DNA of 63,750 nucleotides, the filler included, from Reclinomonas americana ATCC 50394 (Eukaryota): assembly GCA_048213135.1 (NCBI GenBank). It is 4 parts of 3 records of this genome, joined end to end, with 100 filler letters (N's around TTAATTAATTAA, not from the genome) between each part and the next. Parts side by side here need not be neighbours in the genome. Positions count along the whole stretch, not along the records: positions 50,715 to 63,750 come from PS015080.1; 3 more parts are not named here. One strand, written 5' to 3'. Made by a program: the position numbers and the translations under genes. Below the pieces are notes generated by a model, which had not been told where the DNA came from, made no database searches, and was given only the letters and a program-made list of their open reading frames with translations. Numbering within the stretch: the stretch's first letter is position 1; each line of letters starts with the position of its first letter. Shown here one piece after another: positions 51,412 through 63,750 of this stretch.

Positions 51412-52548
51412 TCATGATGCCACAAAGGAGAGCACGACACCACACGCATCGGCGGCGCCTGGCGCGGTCAGCTCAATCACCTGCCCACGCTCGACAAACG
51501 GCACACTGGCCGCACGCAGCGTCTGCCGCACAGCATCCAGCGACGCCACTCGTATTTGCATGGCGGCCATCCACGGCTCCTTGTCGGCGCCGAGAAGCTC
51601 CCTGCGCACCGCCGCCTGCCCGTGCACGGCCGCGAATCGCTGCGCCGATTGCACGACCACGCAAAAGGCCGGGTCGCCCAGATGCAGCACCACGTCATCA
51701 CTGCCACTCTTCAGCTCGACCACGTGCGACTCGTCGCCACCAGTTAATCGCGCCAATCGTGACGCCAGTGCGGCATGATCGCGACAAAGCGCCGCATGCA
51801 CCTCGTCGGCCATGACCAGCGTCACACTAGCAATGCTCTGCGCCGTGTTGCGATGCTGCATCCACTCAGGCTTCCACACCAGCTCTCGCGTCAAGTGCGC
51901 ACACACAAACGCACGCAGCGGTGCAGTCGATGCCGCCGCCGGGTACACCAGCTGAAAGAGCGGCCACGTCGACGCCGGCTGCCCGTCGTACTGCCTTCCG
52001 AGCTCCTTTGGTCCTGCTCCACACGCACGCATGCAGTGAGCTCGCCATCGCTCGTACACACATTGGCGACGCGCGTACCCTCGAACTGTACACCAGCCGC
52101 ACGCCATCGTTCCGCTGTCGCCTTGCTGTCATCAGTGGCCAGCGCCAAGCTCAGCAATCCCGGTCCGCGATCGCGCAGAAACGTGTCCAAGTTGTTAGTG
52201 AAGCGACTCGGATCGACAATGCCCAACAGCTCAATCTGCGAGCAGTGAGCGCTCGACAAAAAGAGCGATCGATCGCGATCAGGACTCACATAATCGCGAC
52301 CCGATGGCATCATGATGCAATAGTTACCGGTGCCCCAACTGCCAGCGCATGTGAGACAGGCAAGGTTGTGAACGGTACAGGCACGAGCGCGCGCGGAACT
52401 TGTTGTGAATGCCGCGCCAGGCCGCAGTGAATCCCAGTCGCTCAAAGCTCTTCCGCGCAGCTTCCAGATCGCTGACTCCGATCAGCGCGTGATCGAGTCC
52501 GCACAGACGCCCCTTGGCAGCAAAGGCAGACGACGAGAGCATGCGCAT
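51412..52548 (-). CDS. VOC/glyoxalase-like protein (Glyoxalase_3 type), 4 exons
   Basis: LDHALIGVSDLEAARKSFERLGF, WGTGNYCIM, Y/IELLGIVDP, GLLSLALATDD and FVCAHLTRELVWKPEWMQHRN, with three GT-AG introns. Confidence 0.82.
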
Positions 52549-52957
52549 GGACAGGAGGAAGATATCAGCTTGTCCTCGACGTCGGCATCAGTTTGCTTTC
52601 AGTTTGCGCTCTTTCCCTGTACTCTCGCGTCTGTCAAGGTGCTATCTCTCCCATGCGTTAATACGCGAGGAGTACGAAGGGCGAGTGAAAGCGAATGATG
52701 CGACGTCGAGGCGGATGAATATACGCGCCAAACGGTCAGATTTCTATCAAACAACTCTTCACACACTCGCCCGCACGCACGCTTCACGCACGCTCACATG
52801 TCAACAGCCGGTCCGTCATCAACTCCACCCGTCGACACCCGGTCAGTGGCCACACTTGGAACACACACACGCACACAGTTGCTCAACACTAACATACGCA
52901 CACACACACAGTCGCCCAGTGACACGCTCAGTCAGTCGCAAGCTCAACAAAGACCCC

Positions 52958-54388
52958 ATGGAGATCGTCACTGATGAGTCGACAACAACAACCACCACAA
53001 CGACTACAACAACAACTCCTCAGTCGGCCTCGTCGATGGGCCCTCCCTCGTCGCGTCGTCGTCGCGGCGACGATGCGCCGTGTGGAGGCAGCAGCGATGT
53101 GTGCAGCAGTGAGATGTCTGAGGCGTCGCCGGCTGCGTCGCCTGCGGTGTTTGAGCGGATTGATGTGGCGGATGAGGGCGAGTGGGCGGGCCGAGTGGTG
53201 CAGGCGCTGCTGAGCGAGGACTGGAAGCAGTGGATTGCGGGGTGTGAGGGCATTATGGAGCGAGTGCGCGTGCAGGGTGGGCGCATGAGCAGCGCGGATG
53301 TGGCGAGTGTCGTGGAGCCGCTGTGCCGGAGGGTGCGGACTGCTGTTTGCCTTGCGCGGTGTATTCGTTTGCTGCGGCTGATTTTTGAGTTGCAGATGGA
53401 CAACTTGCGGTCGACGGTGGTCAAGTCGTCATGTACGGCGGCCACGGCACTGGTCGATGCGTTGACACAGGACGACTTGCGCGACACGGCACCGCTGTTC
53501 ATTCCCGCACTGCTGTCGCTCACGTGCAAGACGACTCAGGTTTGTTGTTATGCTGCTGCAATGCACAAGTTATGCATGGTGTGTCTCACACCCTCAGCAA
53601 ACGCACAGGTGATGGCCGACAGCGGCCTGGCATGTCTGCACCACACGGCGCGCGCATTGTCGCCGTTGGTGGAGGGCCCGAGTCTCCTGTCGCTGCTGGA
53701 CGGCTGCCGCGCAGCTCATGCGTTGCGTCGCCCAAACTGACACGTCGCGCAAATCGTGACCCTCTTCCACTCACGTGTGTGTGTGTTCTTGCGTTCAGCA
53801 TGATTCGCCGTAGAAGCATCGAGGCTCTGGCGCTGGCCATGGCGCCGTCGAGTGGCGACGCCGTGGGCGAGCTGCTCTTTGAGGCCTTTGGCACGGCGTT
53901 GGCGGACGCGTCGGCTGATGTGCGCTCGGCGGCACGCGAGGCGTTTGTCAAGGGCGAGAAGGTGTTTGCGGACATTGGCGCACGGTGCGTATACTCTCGC
54001 GATGGTGTGCCCTGCGGAGAGACCGCACAGCTCATTACTTCTCGGTGCAGTGTGAGGAACACACTGGCCGGCACGGCACGCACCGTCCTGGAGGGTGGCC
54101 ACAACAGCACCAGCAGTGGCAGTGAATCGGCATCCTCAGGTGTCACTCCGACGTCGGCGACTGCGGCCGGTGAGAAGAGGCCCAAGTCTGCCGTGGCCGA
54201 CGCCATTCGCAAGGCCAGGTTTGTCGCGTGCCAAATGTCTTTTTCTTCCTTCATCGTTCACGCGCTCAGCACCGCCGTCTATGGTCCCACAGAATGGCCA
54301 AGAAGCCCGAGGCAGCCGGCTACGACGACGGTTTCCTGGTGTTGTGCCCGGAGAAGCCACCCGTCGGCAACACCACCGTCACGGACCT
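52958..54388 (+). CDS. CLASP N-terminal/TOG (HEAT-repeat) domain protein; 3' end in a gap
   Basis: EDWKQW, DNLRSTVVKSSC, FIPALLSL, VMADSG..CL and LADASADVRSAAREAF are CLASP_N-type motifs. Confidence 0.78.
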
Positions 54389-54579
54389 NNNNNNNNNNNN
54401 NNNNNNNNNNNNNNNNNNNNNNNNNNNNNNNNNNNNNNNNNNNNNNNNNNNNNNNNNNNNNNNNNNNNNNNNNNNNNNNNNNNNNNNNNNNNNNNNNNNN
54501 NNNNNNNNNNNNNNNNNNNNNNNNNNNNNNNNNNNNNNCGAACGAACGAACGAACGAACGAACGAACGAACGAACGAAC

Positions 54580-54637
<58 letters not shown>

Positions 54638-54679
54638 CAAGAGAGAGCAAGAGATGGAGAAAGTGAGTGAGTGAAAACA

Positions 54680-56694
54680 CACCAGCTCCCTCATTCGTTG
54701 TTGGTTCGTCGCAGACTCGGCACGCAAATCGGCCTCCGTTGGACCCTGTTCTGCAGGAGTGGACGGTGGCTTGGCTGCACGGCGGGGTGAGACGAGGGAG
54801 GCGCGACTGAAAGGTGGAAGACGGATGCGCACCAAAATCTTCGAGTTGTGCGTCAATGTCGGCAATCTTCTTCTCCAGCTGAAATATCTTGGAGCGGAAC
54901 GGCTCGAGCACTTGCAGAACCTTGCCGCATTTTTCCATGCCCAGCACCCATGCACACAATCCCACCGCTTCGGGACACCGCGCAGCCACCACCTGTGCGA
55001 GGGATGGGAAGATGAGAACAAGGCTATCTTCCTCAATCGGCACTGGAGTCACTGCGCGCAACATTAGACGACAGCATGCTCGTGACACCAGCGAGCTTGG
55101 CCAGGTGCGACTCGGTGAGGTTCTCCATCTCGAAATCCATGAGCATGTTGGAGAACACTGCCGATCGCGTGAGCAGATAGAGTAAGACAGCGACGACGTG
55201 CGACAAAGACTCACCGTCGGGATCCACCAACAACTTGCCGGCCTCGCGTACCACGTAGGTGGTTGGTCTCTGAAAGAGAATCAAGACAGCCTCCAGCACC
55301 CGCACCAACTGTGCCCGCCGTTCGGTGAGTCGCAGGAAGTGATGGGAGTACACGCGGAGTGCGATCAAGCACCTCTGGTGGATGTCTGGAGAGGCTGCGC
55401 AACACTCGCAAATCTTCGACCTTGTGAGCATCCAGAAACGGCTGCAGCGCCAGCTGAATTTCCGGGTGCAGCTCCTCGCGTGCCCCGTCCAGCTCATACT
55501 CTGCAGCCTCCAGCAGCGTCACTAACCGTTCCCGTTCGTGCTGTAGCCGCCGCACGGCGCGAGACTGCGCCACACACGAACAACCCACATCAGCCTATTG
55601 CGAATCGCCGGTTCACCACGAAGAATTCAGGCGCGCACCGTGCTCCCTGGCGATGGCTCCGAGTCCGACTGCTCCTCATCCACCGGAATACGCTCCACAA
55701 ACGAGCTCGACATTGAATCGGCGTCCGAGAACGAACTTGCGCGCGAATGTTTCCGCACACTCGTCGCCTCCGACTCGACCTCCCGCTCCGCCGCCGCCGC
55801 CGCCGCTGCACCTCCCCTTATCAATAACCTCTCTCTCTCTCTGCACAGAGCCTCGTTCCATCGCAGCACTCACCCAGCTGCGCCAATTCACGTTCATACG
55901 ACGCGATCAGCTGCCGATGCTGCTCGACCTCGCGTTGCCGCGGCACCACAAACTCATGAAACAATCGCGTGTTGCGTTCCACTGCCAACACCCACGCGCA
56001 CAGCACAGCCGCCACTCGCGAATGCTTACCCACCTCCTACACACAAACGCACTCAGAGAAGAGCACGTGAACTGCAACGATCCACACAATGTGCGCACTG
56101 TTGGAGAAAAGAGTCGATCGGCGGCAAACTCGTGCAACTTTGCCACAGCAAACGAGGGGATGTTCTTCATCTCTAGCTTCTGCAGCAGATCCACAGCACC
56201 TGCACTTGCCCACATGAGCGCGAAGAGAGAGAGAGAGGCAATGATTGCAAGAGAAAGCACGCGACCTGCTGACGAAAGCAAGCGACGTGCATCGGCCAGC
56301 GTCGACGGCTTGTTCAACACAATCATCACTGCACGCATCACCTTCTCCACCTACAACAACAACAACAACAAGTAATAAGAGTGTGCGCGCGCCATTTCGC
56401 TCAACACCACTTCTTTTTTTGCAAACAACGCCCGCTGACCGTTGGTCTCACGGTGCCTGGCTCCTGCTCACACAGGTGCACGAGGTCGGTCTCGGTGAGC
56501 GCCAGCAACGCCAGTCGCGGTGCCTCCATCGCCGACGAGAACGCAGACAGCTCGTTCTCACTGGCGCGCAACGCAGCCTCGGCCTCCACACGAAGCCGCT
56601 CAAGCTCGTGCGCCCGACCCATCTATCTGAACACACACACAAAGACACACACACAGACTGCAACTTCGTTCTCGACAATGGACAGTGCGAGCAT
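54680..56694 (-). CDS. Protein with two dynein heavy-chain stalk/microtubule-binding-domain-like modules and no AAA ring visible
   Basis: Module 1: APRLALLALTETDLVHL..EP/VEKVMRAVMIVL...KNIPSFAVAKL...LCAWVLAVE..VVPRQREVE. Module 2: VEDLRVLRSLSRHPPE/LVRVLEAVLILF...FEMENL...GLCAWVLGMEK..VLEPFRSKI. Both are flanked by coiled coils. Confidence 0.62.
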
Positions 56695-56730
56695 TATGAT
56701 CGTTTTTTGTAAGGTTTTTGTGGTGTTTTC

Positions 56731-57069
56731 ATGGCTGCGACTTCGTCTAGTGCTGCTGCGGCTTCTGCAGCTGGAGCCAGTGCCGAGGCGGGAGCTGCGA
56801 TGCCAGATAACTTTGTGTGGCAAGATAGAGAGATCCGCTTTGATGTGCCTCCACCGTTGAGTTGTCATGTGATTGTGTGTGTGTTGTGTTGTGTGTCTCT
56901 CATGTGTGTGTGTGTGTTTGGTTGTAGTGAGCTGTCGCTGAGACCTGGTGAGAAGATCATTGATGCGATTGACTCGATTGAGGATACCAAGGGCAACAAT
57001 GGGGAGCGCGGTGAGTTGGTGGGAGAGAGAGAGAGAGAGAGAGAGGAGGAGAGGAGGAGGAGGGAGGAG

Positions 57070-57114
<45 letters not shown>

Positions 57115-59272
57115 AGAGAGNNNNNNNNNNNNNNNNNNNNNNNNNNNNNNNNNNNNNNNNNNNNNNNNNNNNNNNNNNNNNNNNNNNNNNNNNNNNNNNN
57201 NNNNNNNNNNNNNNNNNNNNNNNNNNNNNNNNNNNNNNNNNNNNNNNNNNNNNNNNNNNNNNNNNNNNNNNNNNNNNNNNNNNNNNNNNNNNNNNNNNNN
57301 NNNNNNNNNNNNNNNNNNNNNNNNNNNNNNNNNNNNNNNNNNNNNNNNNNNNNNNNNNNNNNNNNNNNNNNNNNNNNNNNNNNNNNNNNNNNNNNNNNNN
57401 NNNNNNNNNNNNNNNNNNNNNNNNNNNNNNNNNNNNNNNNNNNNNNNNNNNNNNNNNNNNNNNNNNNNNNNNNNNNNNNNNNNNNNNNNNNNNNNNNNNN
57501 NNNNNNNNNNNNNNNNNNNNNNNNNNNNNNNNNNNNNNNNNNNNNNNNNNNNNNNNNNNNNNNNNNNNNNNNNNNNNNNNNNNNNNNNNNNNNNNNNNNN
57601 NNNNNNNNNNNNNNNNNNNNNNNNNNNNNNNNNNNNNNNNNNNNNNNNNNNNNNNNNNNNNNNNNNNNNNNNNNNNNNNNNNNNNNNNNNNNNNNNNNNN
57701 NNNNNNNNNNNNNNNNNNNNNNNNNNNNNNNNNNNNNNNNNNNNCTTCTCTCTCTTCTCTCTCTCTCCTTCTCTCTCTCCCTCTCTCACTCACTGTCTGT
57801 GTTCTGCAGGAACGCTGTCGATCACCAACCTGCGCTTGATATGGGTGTCGCAAAAGAAGGCCAACATCAATCTCTCCGTCGGCTACAACTGCGTGATCAA
57901 CATCACGATTCACACGGCGAACTCGCGGCTGCGAGGTCACACACAGGCGTTGTACATTCTCACCAAGTTCAACAATAGTCGCTTCGAGGTCGGTGCTTCA
58001 TGGTGTTGGCAGAGTTGTCGCGCGTGTCGATTGCCTGACTGTAAGTTCTCTGTGCCGCAAGTTCATCTTTACGAACCTCGTCAAGAACAGCCCGCGGCTG
58101 TTTACCACGGTGCAAGCTGTGCACAGGTGCATCATCTCACCACTTTCGGAGTCATGTGCACGGCGCTTACACGTGTGAACAGAGCATACGAGACAAGTCG
58201 GTTGTATCGTGATCTCAAATTGCGTGGAGCCATCATTCGCGAGAAGGAGCTGTGCTTGCTGCCAAAGGAGCAGGTGTTCAGCCGTGTCAACGGTGTGTGG
58301 AATCTCTCCTCTGATCAGGGCAACCTCGGCACGTTCTATATCACGAACGTGCGCATTGTATGGTGCGTCGTGCTCTCGTGTTTGTGAAGACACTGGTTCG
58401 ACGATTGACGTCCGTTCTCTCTCTCTCTCTCTCTGTGTGTGTATGTGTGTGTCTGTCTCTCTGTCTGTCTGTCTGTGTGTGCCTGTCTGTCTGTTTGTTT
58501 ATTTGTCTCTCTCCTTTCTCTCTCTTCGTTTGCCTGTTCTCTCTCTCCCTCTCTCTCTCTCTGTGTGTGTGTGTGTGTCTGTCTGTCTGTGTGTGCCTGT
58601 CTGTCTGTTGTTTATTTGTCTCTCTCCTTTCTCTCCCTCTCGCTCTGTATGTGCGTGCCTGTCTCTCTATCTATCTATCTGTCTTCGTCTTCTCCCTCTT
58701 CTCCCTCCCCCCCTCTCTCTTCCCCCCCCTCCTCTCCCTTGCAGGTTCGCCAACTTGGCTGAGAACTTCAACGTGTCGATCCCGTTTCTGCAAATCAAGA
58801 CCATCAAGGTCCGCGACTCCAAGTTCGGCAAGGCGCTGGTGATTGAGACGTCGCCCAGCAGTGGCGGTTACGTCCTCGGTTTCCGCATCGATCCGCTGGA
58901 GAAGCTGAATCAGGTGTTTGAGGAGATTCAGAACCTGCACAAGCTGTTCTCGGCCAAGCCCATTTTCGGTGTCGACTATGTCAGCGAGGACAAGGTGTGG
59001 GCGTAGTGATTGGTTGATCATCATCATTTTCTGTTCGTCGTCGTGGCTAACTGTCCTCTCAGCCCCCGACACTAAAAGATGTGACGGTGCCGAGGGCGGA
59101 GGAGAAAGTCGAAGTGATTGAGACGGAGGACGAGGTGGCCGATGCGTTTGCGGCCTACTACGCCGACACGAACAAAAATGTGGACCGGGAGCCCATTTTC
59201 AGCGCGGAGCTCGGGCTGGCCATTGAGCGACCAAAGGACGGGGTCACTCTCGAGATGTTGTGGAAGGTGTGA
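56731..59272 (+). CDS. BBS5: Bardet-Biedl syndrome 5 protein (BBSome subunit), 7 exons
   Basis: [79 protein letters not shown] and [10 protein letters not shown]. Confidence 0.97.
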
Positions 59273-59344
59273 GGGCGGAGTTGCCACGGTGCATGTACGC
59301 GCGGACAGGCGCACGTGTGTAAGTGTGTAAAGGGAAAGCTGAAA

Positions 59345-59772
59345 CGAAGGATGGAAGTAATTCGCGTTTCTTGCCTGTTCGTATGCCACCACGTGTGTGT
59401 ATGCAACAGAAAGAGAATGGAAAATAATTTGTGTTTCTTTTTACCCTTGCCTGTATCGTGTGTCTGCAACAGCAAAGAGAATGGAAAATAATTCATGTTC
59501 CTTGTTACCCTTGCCTGCATTCGTCTGCCACCACATGTGTGTCTTCAACAGAAAAGAGAATGGAAATAATTGGGGTTTCCTTTTCCCCTTGCCTGTATCT
59601 CTGGGCCACCACATGTGTGTTTGCAGCAGAAAAGAGAGTGGAAAATAATTCGTGTTTCTCTGTACCCTTGTCTGTATCGTGTGTCTGCAACAGCAAAGAG
59701 AATGGAAAATAATTCGTGTTTCTTTATACCCTTGCCTGCATCGTGTGCCACCACCACATGTGCGTGTGTCTA
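59345..59772. repeat. Intergenic minisatellite, ~6 degenerate copies of a 63-80 nt unit
   Basis: Repeated unit (g)caacag(c)aaagagaatggaaaataattcgtgtttct..tacccttgcctgtatcgtgtgtct, with an optional gccaccacatgtgt insert. Confidence 0.9.
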
Positions 59773-59788
59773 CTCGCTGTGCTAAAGC

Positions 59789-62700
59789 TCACAGAATCTT
59801 GTTCCGGAAGTCCTCCAGCTTCTTCGCCACTTCTGTGGGTGTGCGATCGAGTTCGCCCGCAATCTCGCGTTGCTTCGCCGCGTCAATGGTGGTGAATTGT
59901 TCGCACAAGTCACCGTCGCATGTTGCCTGCGGGGGGAAACAAGTGAGTCGCGCGACTCGACAGACTTGTTGGGATACAAACACACACCTTGACTGGGTAG
60001 TAATACGAGCGGAACGCCATGTGATCGCGACCGCACAGTGGCGGGTGTTCTTGCCGCATGTGCATCTCCAGCGCGCTGTAAAACTCCACATCCTCGGCGG
60101 TGGCGAACGGAGCAAAGCAGCCAATGGCACCACTCTGTGTCGTGTAGACCAGCGTGTCGGCGCCGCCCAGCATCAACGAACACCGCTGCAATCGTGTGAT
60201 AATGTCGCCCAAGTGGAATTGCACAATCTCCTCAGCCTGGTTGTGCGTGCACACACGAGTGAGACGATATCGCAAACGAGGACATGTATGTGTCTGTGTG
60301 AGGGCGCAACTCTGTACGGTGCTCCATTCAGGTAGCCGCGCTCCCACAGGAATCGCTCGCCCATGTCCTCCGCCGCCTTCTCGGCCACGTCCTTGGAGAG
60401 TCGGCACACGAAGAGGTTGCCGAATTTGTCGCCACCTGGGAAGGCGAAGGGAGACGGGGGATGTAAGCAAAGGGAAAGCGAAACAGAGACAATGAAACCG
60501 GCACGCATGCGTGAACACAGACGCACGCACAGAGAGAGAGAGAGAGAGAGAAGGGAAGAGAGCAAGAATGCAAGAAAGAGAGACAGACAATGACACAGGC
60601 GCGTACTGTCGCGCATGAACATGGATGCATGCACAGAGAGAAGACAACGGAGGACGGGTCAGAAGGGAGAAGGAAGGAGAAGGAGATTAAGGAACGAAAG
60701 AAAAGAGAATGAGAGAAAATGATGCGTGACGATGATAGCAGTGGTGTGTGTGAGGGTGAAAAGGGGGAAGGATTGATGTCGTTAGAGAGAAGGAGAGAGA
60801 GAAAAAGGGAGATAGATAGAGGAGAGAGTGTGAGAGAGAGAGAAAGAGAGGAGAGACAGACAGACAAACACATGGACACACGCAAACACAGAGAGAGAAG
60901 AGAAGAGAGAACAAGAATGTATGTATGAAAGAGAGAAACAGAGAGTGACAAAGATGCATGCACAACGAGCGACGGGAGGAAACAGAGATGGAGCACGACT
61001 GCATCGGAGAAGAAGAGATAATGGCAGGCGCGTACTGTCGTTCATGCATGCATAGAGAGAAAGACTAACAAAGAACGCAAGAATGAAAGAACGAATAGAT
61101 ACACGGGAGAAGAGAGACTATGTCACAGGTGCATACTTGCATGCACGAACACACACGCTTGTACTGAGAGTGAGAAAGAGAGACACCATGGCAAAGGCGT
61201 GTACTGTCATCCATGAACACACACGTATGCTAAGAAAGAAAGAGAGAGAAAGAGAGAGAAAGACAGAAAAAACAACACACTCACACAAACTCTCTCTCTT
61301 CCCCCCTCTCCCCCTCCCTCTCTCCCTTCCCCTCTCTCCCTTCCCCTCTCTCCCTCCCTCTCTCCCATCCACCACTCACCAGCCAAGGTGTTGGCATCGA
61401 CAAACTCGGAGGCCACCACCCACCGCGGTGCGACATCGTCAGCAAAGATCGAGATGGTGTTGTCGCGACGGTTGTACGACGCGAAGTGGAAGCTCTCCGT
61501 AATGTCGCTCACGTAGATGCGATCGTGGAACACGCGGATCGAGGTGATGAAGTTGGGGAAGTTCTGCAAGCACGCGTGAGACGACAGCCGTCGGCGCGCT
61601 CAAGGAACGGAGAGGGAGCGCACCCTGTTTTCACACTTGCGCAGGAGCTTCTTCTTGCCGAGATCGTACAGACGCAGAGTCTTGCCGACACCAGCCAGAA
61701 GGCGACCGTCGAAAGCAGCAATGGCATACGGCACATCCTTGACTGGTGTCTGCGAGTGGCCAACAAGCGTGAGATCAAGCGGCACAAGTGGTGGTGTGCA
61801 CACATACGATCGGCAAACCTTGTGCAGCAGGTCGAGCTTGTAGCCTTCACGCATGCGATACACGTACAAGAAGCCGCAGCTCGCGGAGCGTTCGGGCCAG
61901 AACGACAGGTCCTTGGCGGTGCCGACGACCAAGAAAATCTCCTGGCCGAACTGACATGTGCACACGCTGAACGCTGCCTCGTTGTCCTCCAGCTCCACCA
62001 AGTCCAGTGTTCTCATCTGGGTCGAGTGAGGGTGAGGGAGGGCAAAAAGAAAGAAAGAGGGGGAACAAAAAGGACGCACCGACACCGGGTCAAAGATGCG
62101 AATGCACGATGCCCACTTGCCGGTTGGCGCTTTGATGGGGTACAGATCGCGGTCGTGCTCGACGGCGGAACCGGATCCTGAGCCGCCGGCGCCCTCCTGT
62201 CACCACACAAAGTGAGTGAACAACATGAAGCGAAGAGGGAGAGGGAAAAGGGGGGGAGAGAGAGAGGGAGGAGAGGTGAGAGGGAGAGGGAGAGGGAGGA
62301 GGGGGAGGGGGAGGGAGAGGGAGAGGGAGAGAGGAACGGAGACTCACAAACACACAATAGAGAGAGGCGTAGGGAGAGATAAAGAGAAAGAGATTCGGAC
62401 AATCACAGCAGAGAGAGGAAGGATAAGGACAGGGAGGATAAAGGAGAACATGAGGACGGAGAATTGAGGTACGCCACACACAAAACAGAGAGTGAGGGAG
62501 ACAGAGACTCACAGACGGATTCAGACGAAGAGTGGGATTGATTCACACAAACAGCGGAGAGAGAGAGGAGGGAGAGACACAGAGAGAAGCAGACTCACAG
62601 ACACAAGGACACACCCGATGAACAGATGAAAGAGAAAAGACTCACACGGATTGAGACACACACGGGAGCAAACAAACAACGAAGAGACAGAGAGAGGGAG

Positions 62701-63750
62701 AGAGACGCACACAGAGATACAAGCAAACCAAATGCAGTGTCTCACATACGCGCTCAGGAGAGGCATTGAGAAAAATAGAGAGACACGCACAAACAGGGAG
62801 AGCACGCGCGCTCGCTCTCATTCAGACACTGAAGAGACAGTGAGAAAGAGAGAGACATGAACGCAGACACACACGCACACAGCACACACACACGCACACA
62901 CATACGTACACAGATACACACAGAAAAAAGAAAGTGGCAAACACACAAACACGCACATAAACAGTTATTCCGAGAGACACTACGAGAGATATAAATGCAA
63001 ACACAAAACACAAAAACAGAAAGACAAATACGATTTCCCCCTCTCCCTCTTCCCCCCTTGCCTCCCTCCCTTCTCCCCTGTTCCCCAAACTCACATCCTC
63101 CATATCCATATCCATGGCCTCCTCACGCATCCGCGCCCGCTCGGTGATGGTGTACGCTCTGTTGTCGCTCTCGATAATGGACAGGTAGTTGGTCTGCGGA
63201 TTGACAATGATCTTGCGCGGCGTAAAGTGCAGCGGCACACTGATCTGGTTGAATGACTCGCCCAGACGCTCAAAGTAAAAGATTCTGTGCAGTCGGTGAG
63301 CATCGAGTGAAAGGATGGGAGAAGGAGAAAGGCTGCGCACCGCAAAAAGTTGCCAGAGACCGCCACCACACCCTGCGGGCACGGTCCTGACGAGAAGCCG
63401 GAGGCGTAGTCAAGTGCCTCGTATCTGGCGGAGCGAGGTGAGCGCACAGCAAAAAAAGGGAAAACACACACACTCCATTGAAAAACGCAACGACAGCGGC
63501 GTCATGTGGTACTTGCCCTGGTGATCGTAGCAGAGCCACGGTCGTGCCGACAGCGCCAACACGGCGTTGCTCTGGCCGACCTTGATCTTGATCAGCTTCA
63601 CCCCGCGCGCGCCGAGGAATCTCGCTCGCGAGTCCGCCAGCTCGCCCGTGACCTTGTCCATCACGGTGCGATGGAGGACGCCGGACGACAGACCAACGTA
63701 CAAGTAGAGTGCCTCGGCTTCGGCAGAGGAGGCTGCCGAGCCACGCATTT
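59789..63750 (-). CDS. SF3B3: Splicing factor 3B subunit 3 (SAP130/Rse1), C-terminal half; 5' part lies outside the window
   Basis: HMTPLS/YEALDYASGFSS, YDLGKKKLLRKCEN, IFADDVAPRW, GDKFGN, HPPLCGRDHMAFRSYYYPVK, DGDLCEQF and ELDRTPTEVAKKLED. Confidence 0.97.

Overview
This is eukaryotic nuclear DNA from a GC-rich, gene-dense, intron-rich protist that is probably flagellated (BBS5 and axonemal-type genes are present). It is not one locus. Three artificial N44-TTAATTAATTAA-N44 linkers (~22.6, 38.9 and 50.6 kb) join four separate scaffolds, and at least two contigs are reverse-oriented across N-gaps: the PEPC gene and an AXDND1-like gene each switch strand. Recognisable genes are PEPC (3' part), MsrB, an IRAK/RLK-like kinase-RING fusion, a HECT E3 ligase, a decayed R2-like non-LTR retrotransposon, a BCS1-like AAA ATPase with tandem repeats, a permuted papain-like protein, a P4-ATPase, a large AXDND1/TSNAXIP1-like coiled-coil protein, a cold-shock/SAM-like/U-box protein, Mps1/TTK kinase, a bacterial-type VOC/glyoxalase-like protein, a CLASP/TOG protein, BBS5 and SF3B3. 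Three observations stand out. (1) An N-acylated F-BAR + polyproline + WH2-C-A protein, which looks like a WASP-type Arp2/3 activator with its own membrane-bending module. (2) A recurrent +1-shifted 5' splice-site class (GTTGCG/GTTGAG/GTTACG). (3) A stand-alone protein with two dynein stalk/MTBD-like modules, head-to-head with BBS5. All exon models and domain calls were made by eye; no searches were run.
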